From Sphagnum compactum (taxonomy: Eukaryota), in assembly GCA_965153455.1 (NCBI GenBank), contig OZ234493.1, positions 1,798,001 through 1,862,000 of the forward strand: DNA of 64,000 nt. The letters run 5' to 3'. Under the pieces are notes generated by a model. That model did not search any database. It worked only from the letters and a program-made list of their open reading frames with translations, and was not told where the DNA came from. Made by a program: the position numbers and the translations under genes. Of this stretch, positions 50,301-60,937 are shown piece after piece. The first letter of the stretch is position 1. Every line of letters begins with the position of its first letter.

Positions 50301-50625
50301 CGTGTCTAGCAGCTGCTGGGTCATGATCGACCGATCTCAAGTTGGAAAATTGTGGTCTTTGGGTCGAGGTTGATGCAACCCCGTAACTCGATCCTGCTGT
50401 ACGCTGCTGCTGATCCTGCAGACCCAAAACCGTGAAGCCGTGATGTTGTTGTATATATTCACTCGCATGCGTGACTGTTGATCGTCTGGTGTTGTCGAAT
50501 ATATTACGCGAGGCCTCGGCCTCCTCAGAGCGGACAGAGCTTGTGGCTGTGGTGCCCATGGAATTGAGGTCCCTGACTTGCTCAATTTCGGGATACTCCA
50601 CCTGTTCTGACGAGAACTTGTCCAT
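47390..50625 (-). CDS. SHR: SHORT-ROOT-like GRAS transcription factor, 599 aa. Exons 50625-49738, 49426-48962, 48332-48016, 47519-47390
   Basis: 1800-nt spliced frame: [102 protein letters not shown]|YKEGW and FLTWK...ASSWKP, diagnostic of the SHR clade. Confidence 0.95.
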
Positions 50626-50857
50626 AACATCATAAATATACTCTCGTCAACAACAACTTCGCCGGCAAACCGTCGAAAACTCCTGAGCTGTTACACTCTT
50701 CAGCCTAGCTGTATAACTACTTAAAATTCCGATCTTTGCAGCGATCCTGATCCCGAGCTGTTTCAGGCGGGGCCACGCTGGAGCACAGAATATTGTCAAC
50801 ATAAGACTAAGGCTCGTCCATCTTACAACGCTCATGAGGATGTTCAAGCTGCATTGA

Positions 50858-51304
50858 TCAACAAGATTTCTTTATATGCCGTCGAGCTAGCTCTCTGCAG
50901 CTAGTATTAAACTTCTTGCAGCCATCCTCAGCTAGCTGATCTATGCAGCTAGTCTTCAACTTCATGTAGCCATCTGCGGCTAGCTGATCAGCTATGCAGC
51001 TAGTCTTAAACTTCTTGCAGCCATGCTCAGATAGCTGATCTATGCAGCTAGTCTTCAACTTCTTGGAGCCATGCTCGGCCAGCTCTATGCAGCTAGCCTT
51101 AAACTTCATGCAGCTATACTCAGCTAGCTCTATGCAGCTAGTTTTAAACTTCATGCAGCCATGCTCAGCTAGCTCTATGCGGCTATTCTTAAACTTCTTG
51201 CAGCCATTCTCAGCTAGTTGATCTATGCACCTAGTGTTAAACCTCATGCAGCCATGCTCATCGACCCATATAACCTGGCTAGCATTTTCAGTTTGAATTG
51301 ACAT
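50858..51304 (-). CDS. 148-aa ATG-initiated ORF made of about 8 Cys-containing 15-17-aa tandem repeats, upstream of SHR (possible uORF/peptide, or non-coding repeat)
   Basis: Units of 45, 48 and 51 nt (consensus (DQ/E)LAEHGC(K/M)KFKTSCI). All length differences are multiples of 3 and there is no stop in this frame. Confidence 0.45.
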   Translation of the reverse strand: MSIQTENASQVIWVDEHGCMRFNTRCIDQLAENGCKKFKNSRIELAEHGCMKFKTSCIELAEYSCMKFKASCIELAEHGSKKLKTSCIDQLSEHGCKKFKTSCIADQLAADGYMKLKTSCIDQLAEDGCKKFNTSCRELARRHIKKSC

Positions 51305-51555
51305 AAAACATCATTCGATCAGTCCCTGTGCCTCTTTTAAGTATGTGCATTGTTCGAACTCCGAATAAACTAGATTCCGTTAGCGTATCTATCTCGAACA
51401 ATCCACTCGAAGACCCATGTGTTTGCAAGTGATTCAAAATCTGGGCCCAGTCATACCAGCATCTGCAGATTCAAAGCGATCAAACTTCTGATCAAACTCG
51501 GCCCCGCGCAGCTCGATCATGGTAGTAGCTACATACTAATACACCTAGATCTAGA

Positions 51556-51567
51556 CTTTTATATATA
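51556..51567 (-). promoter_or_regulatory. Candidate TATA box for the SHR-like transcript
   Basis: TATATATAAAAG on the minus strand, about 930 bp upstream of the SHR ATG. Confidence 0.35.
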
Positions 51568-52272
51568 TCAGTTCATCAGAGTAATATCTATAGGCTACCA
51601 GCAATAGCAGCTTGTAATCATACTCATGCAGCACCCACTGCAGATGATGCGAAGCCAGCTGCTGGATTAATAGCGTTGATGCTGCAGCAAGCAGGTCCGT
51701 GCAGCATATAGCTAATTTTTTTCTACTCGCTGGTGGTGGTGGTGGTGTTGGTGGTACTCCAGCAGCTTCATGGTTTGCAGATTATCAAATTAAATGTGCA
51801 GCTAGCTAGCTAGCGGCTGCCTGCAATTTCTAGACTGGAACTAGTACTTGGAGCGATCGAGCTTACAGCTGCAGGAGTTTTCCGAGCCTTGAATTGCAGC
51901 TAGCAGCAGCTTCCTCCCAATCGTCTGTTCTAGTCTTGTTTGTTGCCTGGCTAGCGCCTCCCGCTAGTGCCTTGTCTCTCTCATTTGGCCAGCAGCTGGA
52001 TCGATCCATGGAGAAACTGCTGGCTGCAGACTGCTTGCTTGCTTACGTGCAGTCAGGGAGGTAGCAGTAACAGCCGTCTGCACAGCTAGCTGCAAGTTAT
52101 CTAGGGCATGAAGCAGGTTGTCTGGTTGCTCTGGTAGCACTTTAAAGTGTCCGAAACGAGCGGGCTCAATGGCGCGCGAGTAATGGGCTTTGTTCCCCTT
52201 ACGCCAAGTTCAAACCGGTGTTGGCCGGGGCGCCCTTGTCATGGGCTTTGTTCCCTTATGCCAAGTTCAAAC

Positions 52273-53149
52273 CAGTATTGGGTTATTGTGACAACACCGT
52301 GTTATCAACTTGGTTGCCGATAACCTAGAATGGTTATTGATTATTTTATAACCAACTTTAATAATCTATCAGCTAGTTATTGAATCTTCAAATTTTAATA
52401 ATCTACCCGGATTATTGGCATTTCATCTGGGCAGATTATTAATCCTAAATATCTAGATTTGTTTATGATAGGAAAAACAAACCAAAAAGAAGCTTAAAAC
52501 CTACCCTGCCTAGGCAATATAACCAGTGATTTTCAAGGTGAGTATAACCCTTATGCATTATCAGAGGTTATTAGTAAAAAAATTAATCAAGTAAATTGGC
52601 AGCTATGGTAGTACTTCAACACTAAAATTGATAATTGATGGGTTTAAAATTTTCAAATTTTTTTGATAACCTACCCATCTGGTTATTGAAAAAAACAATG
52701 ACTAGCCAATGCTACTTCAAACCAATTATTGAGTTTTGACCCAATTCTCAAGCTAGTTATTAAAAAACCTTTTACCTCGTATTTGCTTTTCTCTATAGCT
52801 TGTTAAATTGATAATAAGATCTAGTACTGAATTTTCAAAACTCTAATAACTTAGCTAGATGACTCGATTACTCAATCCAGTCAGTTATGAAAAGAAAAGA
52901 ATAGTTTTAATTTTAATTTTCAAGAAAACCTTATGATCAACTAATAAGCAGCAGGATAACAAGTGGTAATCACCTGATTATTTGATATTCTACCCTAATG
53001 CATGATCAATAGTTATTACCTTATTTTTTGATAACTTACATGGCAATCAATTTGTTATATAATGATGTTGATGACCTTGTGATCCCAAAAAAAAAAAAAA
53101 AAACCTACCCAATGGTGATTAAAAAAAAGGCAATAACTGACCAACACTG
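52273..53149. mobile_element. hAT-type MITE/non-autonomous element
   Basis: Imperfect TIRs cagtattgg-gttattg / caataactgaccaacactg; flanks GTTCAAAC and GGTCACAC (6/8 match, 8-bp TSD-like); internal ataacc/ggttatt motifs. Confidence 0.7.
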
Positions 53150-53639
53150 GGTCACACCAACAAACAGTTTAAAATGGAAATACTACATATTAAAGTTCCC
53201 AGAATTTTTTCTGATCCCAGTGTGAACACTAATTGACAACACCTGCTCAGTTATGAACATTGCTCAAAATCTGGGACAAAATGAAAAATGATGCTCAGTC
53301 CTGTCTTGTCTCTACCTTACGGCAGAGCCAACAAGGCACTGACACTTGGCAAGTTTATACAGGGTGTTTAACCGGAGGCCAGAGTGAACCAGCACACACC
53401 AGTGCACCATCCACTGTATGGCCGTTGTGACTCTGGTGTGGATGAACCTCAACTGAGTTAATATCTGGTTTCAACTTATTGACTCATTCTGTAAGAAGTA
53501 GGTCCAATATATAGGTAGATAGTAGGAAAATAGGTGATTAATTGGTAAGTAGATAGGCGAGGGCTGTTTTTACCACCTATTAACAATCTGCGAGTTGTTT
53601 GGTAGTAGTTAGCTGTAGTAAAAAAAGAAAAGAAAACAA

Positions 53640-56600
53640 AGCTAACCACCATGGTTAGCCAAGGACTTGGAACCCACTAGAAAACTATTTCTTGACCATT
53701 TATCATCCATCTTTCATGGTGCATGCTTTTTCACTCTGGTGGAGCCAAACAAACTTTAGACATTCAAACCATTGTCAATTGGTTATCATAACCTTTTGAT
53801 CATGCATCCCAATTGCTTTGAAGTAAGAGGTGCAGCTAGCATTTAAATTTTCTTTAGATCACATAGTGTGAAACTCGAATGATGTTTGGCATTTCTTTTA
53901 CTTTTCTCCAAGTAGTGCCTTCTTTTGCTTGCTCAAAAGGGAAGGGTGGGCATAGGGAGACTATGATTTGGTTACAAAGGTTTTTGTCTAGTAATTGGGA
54001 GGAGTTTCAAGTGGAACATTTGTTGCATGCACAAGCCCTATTAGCTATTTTATCTTTGGTCCCTTCCCTTGGTTCAAATGGTGCCTTTTCTTCATCCTTT
54101 TCTTCTCATTCAAGACCCCATTGTCTTTATCAAAGTCTAGCCTTAAGGCGAACATTGGAATACGTTTGTGTTGTGAGGGCTTTTGCCCCCATGGTGCCAA
54201 CTTTGACCTCTTCAGAGAACATTATTGCTTTGTAGACTTTTCATCCTTTGGAATCATCCTTTAGGAATTGTGTGCTACAAGTGGGTAGTGGTCTTAGTTC
54301 ATACCTTTTGTCTGTTCTTTTTATGTTCCACAATTCCTTTTTTTTTCTTTAGTCATCATTCCTCTTAGGGTGATATATTCGTTATTCAGTCCTCCATTGG
54401 CACCCATTGAAGGGATCCTTTGGATGATCCTTTTTTTGCACACATTTTTTAATTCAACTGGGCTTTTTCCATCTTAGAACACTCGAAAGAACCTAGCCCT
54501 AGGAATCTCCCAAATATGTGAATGGGGGTCGAATCAAAGAAGGTTAATGGCATTAAAAACCCGAGAATGGGGGGAAATAATGGAAAAGGTAATGAAGCTC
54601 ATGGGCAAACAACAAATGAAAATGCCATTTACACATTCCCCAATTTATGATAGGCATTTGTGTGTTGAACATAATCGTCCAAATCATCATGGAAAAAAAA
54701 AATATGAAAAAAAAGAACCTCAAAGGAACACCTAAAACTTTAATGCCCTTAGCAAGGGTACAGAAACTTGATGGAAGCGAAAACCCTCAAACATGAAAGA
54801 GAACTGAAGTAAATCCAATGATGTGTGTGTGTCTAGGCTCACCTTAGGTGGGCTCATGACCTACTACTTTTGGTTGTTCAAGTTTTTATCCCACCATTTG
54901 AACAACTATTAAAAAGATGAGTGAATCGTCTTCAAGAGAACACCTTAGAGAGCGTGCACGAACATTCATTTTTTGACGCACCCCCAAACTCCTTGGTAGA
55001 CTCAACTCCGAGTTTAAATGTGAAAACAGCGGAAGGATGAAGAGTTGGGGCACGCTCCTTGGCTCGTAGCATTTCGGGGATACAAGGGCGTGTTAGACCT
55101 CAAGGATAGGGACTAGGAAGATGATAAGCAAGTCAATTACTCACACAGACCTACATAAACCAAACAATAAGTTGTGCATAGCTGAAGCATTTTTGGTGCA
55201 TGGACAAGCCATGGGTAAATACGAACTCACAAGACTCACCACGGCCCGAACTTGGGGGAAGCCGCCACCTTCCCGTTTATAGCATTTTCTATGCCTAGCC
55301 ATGGGACTAGCACCCAAATGTCATTTTGTCCCGGGACTCCCAAATGGGAGTCCTGAAATTCCCAAAATTGGGAGTCTTGCGATTTTAGAGGTGCATAATT
55401 TTGTGTTTAGACCTTCGATTGAGGTGAGGTCTAAAACAAAGTTGTAGCTTTTGTTGAGAGCTTTTCAACGGTATGTGGCACACCACTGCATGCAAGGAAA
55501 TCGGGGTGATTTCCAACTTTTGGTGATCGGGAATCAAATTGCCAATTTGACTCCTGACTCTTCTTTTGACTAAAACTTGTGTTTTAATTATCCAAATGGG
55601 TCATGAAAGCCCATTTTAGACATTTACGTTCTAAGAGCTTCTAATGATATAAGGAAGTTCTCAATCCAATGAGTTTTGGACCCCTATAATTGCCTTTTGA
55701 AGATTCGGGGGTCCATTGGGTTTCCAACTCCCAAAGTGGGAACTCATTTGGGAGTTTGGGGGTTTCATTCCCTCACATTTTCTTGCACTCCCGAGAGCAT
55801 GAAATGTGACTCTCGGGCTCACTCTTGGCCCGCACCTTTGCAAGCCCTTTGCTTTGGTTGCGAGCCCAAGGCTAGGGTTGTGACATTTTTCAACATCATT
55901 TTAGATTTATTTTCAGATTATCATTACATTTGGCTAAGATCATGTGCAGGCTTAGGCTTGAATGCTTGGTTCTTTACTTGCTTAGTCATCCCATATTTTA
56001 AGATGGCCTTTAACATTTTCTCTTCACCAAATTGGGCCTCCCTCATCCCATGGCTCATAATTTTTTTCAATGCATATGTTGCCAATCCATAAATTCGACA
56101 AGGATACATTTACTTTGTTGTGTTCATAAAAGAAAATACATGGACACACATGATGTAGTTCAAAAAATTTCACCTCCATTATTAAGGATGCCAAGTTCCA
56201 TGTTTTGTGCGAATAAACACACCTTTTCCAAGTGCTATCTTTTTAGTCATCGTGGTGATGATTGGATATTGTGTTTACAATAGATGGTATTTGCACTTTG
56301 GCAGATGTAGTTAGCAATGACTCGACTCATGCAAATCTCGTTTTATAAGTCACTTCTTCTGAAGGATTGGTTGTAACGATTACAACTTAGATAAAGGTTG
56401 TGTCATATTGCGACCGACACTTTAAGGATGATTTCATCCCTCTAATAGTAGAGATATTTGAATGTTTACATCAATAGGTGAACAACTTTTTTTATCGATG
56501 TGTCAACATGGCATGGTCAACCAAAGGCTTTAGAAATTGTCCTCTTTCGATTATATATTCATTTTATAGGTAGGAATTGTTAATGACTTTTCAAAGAGTT

Positions 56601-56890
56601 CAAGCTGCCACTATTTTGCATCAGGTAGTTGTGATAGGAAGAGAGACCTTTTCTAAGCTTGGTGTCCTTCTAAACTTTTTGCTCATCTCCTTGCACAACT
56701 TGCTTTGTGCTATTGATAATGAGATTAGATCCTAGGTTTCGAGTTTACCCTCTTAGGGCTCCTCATTGTGCATTTTGTGATTTTGGGTGTGGTCTTTTGT
56801 TTTAACTTTGGTCCTTTCTTTTTCTTCTCTTGTTCTCTTGCCAGGTGTTTTTCCTTTATTTATTTATTTATTTATTTTAGTTCACAACAA
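53640..56890 (+). mobile_element. Decayed CRE-like (restriction-like endonuclease) non-LTR retrotransposon with the RT core missing
   Basis: LRSCAGLGLNAW...LPHP...CICCQSINSTRIHLLCC...THDVV (CCHC finger) and ADVV...K..SY.DRH..DDFIPLIVEIFE...TFQRVQA (RLE C-terminus), then a T-rich 3' end. Confidence 0.75.
54974..55885. mobile_element. Solo LTR (912 bp) with 5-bp TSD TTTTT, nested in the CRE-like element
   Basis: TGACGCAC...GTTGTGACA termini (TG...CA) with TTTTT on both sides. Removing it restores the host frame HEHSFFNIILD. Confidence 0.88.
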
Positions 56891-59608
56891 ACATGAAAGG
56901 TTTTTTCCAATGTTGCTTTGGTATCAAATTTATAAGATACCAGCCTGGTGTTGGTATCAAAATTCATTTTATTTTAAGATACCAGGCCAGTACTATTATT
57001 TTGATATTTTCTGAACTTTCACCAGTCTGGTCCTGGTACGGAGTCCACAACTGATTTTTGGCTAGTATGCAGCAGGTATATACTTGATACTGAGACTTGT
57101 ATAAAAGTGATACAATGCTGGTATTGCCTCAGCTCATATGAAACTGATCTTTTCCGTGTTACTAATGTTGATTTTGAAGCAGGCTACCAAACCAACATTG
57201 GTTTTTTCTCATAAGGTTGGGAATGTTTTGACTCTAAACTGTGTGGGGGGATGCTAATCAATGGGTTTGGTGATGAGAGTTTGTGTCCTACGTTTAAAGT
57301 ATTTCCATCTCATAATTGTAAACTACAGCTTTTTAACAAAAGGAACTTAGTGTTTAATGTTCAATGTCTTGATCCATAAAAATTAAAAAGTTCACTTCAA
57401 ATAATAAAAATAATAGTTAATTTTTTTTTAATGTTGGCCAATCATAAGAACTTTTAAGCATATGAAATTATCTTTCACAATAAATGCTATTTACCTACCT
57501 TGGGATCATTGCCAGCAACTTCTAGTTCAAATCATTTTGTTTTTTTTTCAGCTCCATTAACCCTTCTTATTTGAAAATATGGTAGTTTTGACAATTGATA
57601 AATATAGGTAAGTTGTTTGTAAACGAAATAAACATCTTTGACCTATATTTTCAAATGCCTTGTTTCTTTCAGCCATATTTTCAAGAAATTTTTTAGGGTT
57701 GTTTATTTTCTGAATTTTTATAAATTCTACCTCTAAAGTAATCAATCATCAAGTACCTTATTTTGAAGTCAAGTCATTTCTGTAGAACATTAAGTGATTC
57801 CCCCTGTGGTAACATTTTCCTGTAAAAGAGTAGACCTAGTAATACTTCATGATTAGTGAACTCATTGGAAAGTGGGCAACACAACCTGGTCGGTGGTTAT
57901 GGTCCACCCCGAGATTTTCATAAAAATTGAAATTATAGTTTTGAGCTTCCTGTACTAGGAGCAAGAGTCACTTCACACTGACAAGATCCAGATTTTACAG
58001 CTTACATAATGCTCAGCCTTTTATTACTAGTGAAAATTTTGAAAATAAAGTGATTTTGGAGGTTTTGAATTGTCAAAAGTGAGAGGGGAAAAAAAGTGAA
58101 ACTTGACAGAATTCTATAATTGGTTTTCATTGCATAGCCAATAATAGAGAAAGGATGAGTAAAGATTTGTATTTCATATCTGGTTTTATCGTAAGATTTT
58201 GGCTAAATCTTCCGAGGGATGAACACCACTTTTTCTACATTTTCCTTAGGATGATTGCCACATTGGCTGAAAACAAAAATTTCCCAAAAGAAAAAAAAAC
58301 ACTGCTACTTCATGTAAGAGGCCTGTAGGAAGTGTAATGTGCCTCCTGTCTTTTGAGGAGGCATCATTATTAAGGTGTATAATTTGCACTCCAAACACAT
58401 TAGGAAATTTCTCCGAGTTTTAGTTATCCTTCTGCTGAAGGACAGACTATGGCCACAGAGATGATGGCAGGTTAAGGTGAGCTCCCCAATGCTCATTTCT
58501 CTGGAAAATTGGTGTATATCATTCCAGTAACTACTTATTTCCATTTTCCGGAGAAATGGGGAGTGTTGATGTCAGTTTGAAGCTAATAATTGGCTGTCTA
58601 TTATAGCCCCTAATATGATTCTTTGACTGGTCAATGAAGTCGTTATATCATCTAACATATGAAGGCGAATTGTGGGTTCGGTTCCAAAATACATAATTAC
58701 CTTAGCCTCTCACACATCTGATGAGTGTCAACTAATGGCTTTTGTTGCAGTGATCTTTTGCAAAATTGCAACCTCAAAACTTTAAAAGGAATAGTCTGTC
58801 AGGAAATCCCTTTACTCAGGGGAAAAAAAAAAAAAAAAGGTCCCCAAATTTTTGAGGACAAAGCTTTTTTTCAAGAAATTGCGCCATTTTTTGCACAATT
58901 GTTGTTGGATCTGGAAACCTGAAGTATAGACTTTTTTCACCAGGCTTTCCCCATTTAGCATAAGTTAGTGACACATTTGTATCATTCAAACTGTAGGCTA
59001 CGTGAAACCTGAAAATTTGGATTTGGAGAAGTTTTTTCACCACGTTTTGTGCACACTTTAGGTTCATGTTATTGTGACCTAGACCTGAGTTTTCACCCGT
59101 TTGTTGGAACTTACACAAGAACCGAACTGTGAAATTAGTCTTTTGCTAAATTCAAAATTAGAATTATGAAAAAACACCCTTGAACATAAGGTTAGGTTCT
59201 TGATTAGGTGAGCAAGTTGATTTCTTTTGACATGTAGGTAGGTAGTTGTAGGTAGGTAGCTAATAATTTTAGTTAGTTGTTGAAATGTATACCTATATAC
59301 ACCCCCATTTTAATTTGTTATTAAACTCTGTACTCATAAAATCTCTAGCATAGGGGAGTGTGTACATGAAACTAACCATATTAAACCATATTTCATCTAA
59401 ATTTGCTTCCTTGTGGAAAAACTCTCCAATCTTTCAACCTCACAAAATTGGGGGAAAAAAGTCCCTGATTGTGAGTGCTTTAGAATTTTGCCCCATCTTT
59501 TAAAGTGCCTCTGACATTGATAGCAATTTCTGCCCCTTAATGCTGCAATATTTATGGTATTCATGTAGCATGATGCTTCTAGAACTTGAGTGAGGGCCTC
59601 TTGAACCC

Positions 59609-59792
59609 TATGATGGAGCACCCTGGAACAGATTCACCCATCAAAAACCTGGGTCAAACCATTGAACCATATGATGGAGCACCCTGGAACAGATTCACCC
59701 ATCAAAAACCTGGGTCAAACCATTGAACCATATGATGGAGCACCCTGGAACAGATTCACCCATCAAAAACCTGGGTCAAACCATTGAACCAT
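59609..59792. repeat. Perfect 3 x 61-bp tandem repeat
   Basis: tatgatggagcaccctggaacagattcacccatcaaaaacctgggtcaaaccattgaacca at 59609, 59670 and 59731. Confidence 0.97.
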
Positions 59793-60529
59793 TTGTGTCC
59801 GTGTAACAATGATAGACATTGTTGAGCATCTCCTCAAAGTGGCGTGAAGAAGTGGGTAAAGTGGGTCCAGCAGTTCTGTGATCTGATGTCAATATACAGT
59901 GCAATCTACAACCCTAGCAAAAACCCAGGACCAAAACGGAATGAAGTTCTTCTCTTCAAAACACTACCAGTGATGCAGTCTCTAGGAACTTCCTAGCACC
60001 CCACACATAAACACTACACAATGCCAGTCCCTTCCCTTTGTTAGAGAAAAACACTACCCTAAACAAATGTTGCTTCATAGTTTGGAAGCAAATCTGTACT
60101 TTTGTTCTGAGACCCACTAGAATAGCTGCTTCAAACTCATATTTCCTAAGTTATGCAGGGTCTAACTTAGTTTACTGATGAGAACTCCTCAAGGCTTCCC
60201 TTCTAACAATTTCCTTAGTCATGTTGGCTCTTCTGCACTGGTAGGCCCAAGCCTGTTCCCCCTATGTTGTATATTTTTGTGTAGTTTTTACACTAAGACC
60301 AGGTCCACTAGTAACCAAAGATGGCCTGTACCCCATACTTTGAATGGAGTACAGCCTTCAAACAATATGAAAATTGGTTTGGACCTGGGTTGGCAGGGTT
60401 GCGGGTATGAGGCAGGTTCTCCAGTCCATTTTGGGTCAGGTTTTGAGATATCAAAATCCGGGAGGTTCGGAATTTTGTTGACACCAGCTTTGGATCTGAG
60501 CCTTGCAACTAGCTAGCCTCTTGCTAAAA

Positions 60530-60937
60530 TCCATTGCCCACATACCAGATAGGTTATGAAAAATAGTTTAAAATTTAAACTTTGACAGTTATCAATATCA
60601 ATCTCAAAGTAATTCCCCTGCTTATCAATTTACCCAGATAATGACAATTGGTTATAAGATTTTTAAGATTTTAAACTGTTTATAATCTCTTTTTTTAAAA
60701 TCGGTTTTCTCTATTTTCTATCATAAACATGGTTAGTGTTTTAGGATTGAGAACCTACCTGGATGATAACCAGGTCATCCAGGTAGGTAATTAAGATTTG
60801 AAAATTCAATACCAGGTAAGTAAGTTATTTATCAGTTTTCAAAAAAATCAATAATACCCCACTGTTGGGTTTTTGATACCCAGCCCTGGACCCGGCCAGT
60901 TACCTGGGTCAAAAAAGCAATAACTAGCCAACACTGG
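60530..60937. mobile_element. Partial copy of the same hAT-type MITE family as 52273-53149
   Basis: Ends caataactagccaacactg followed by GTTAAAAC; same ataacc/ggttat motifs. Confidence 0.6.

Noticed and set aside
59609-59792. CRISPR array
   Set aside because: Head-to-tail identical units with no spacers, eukaryotic context and no cas genes.
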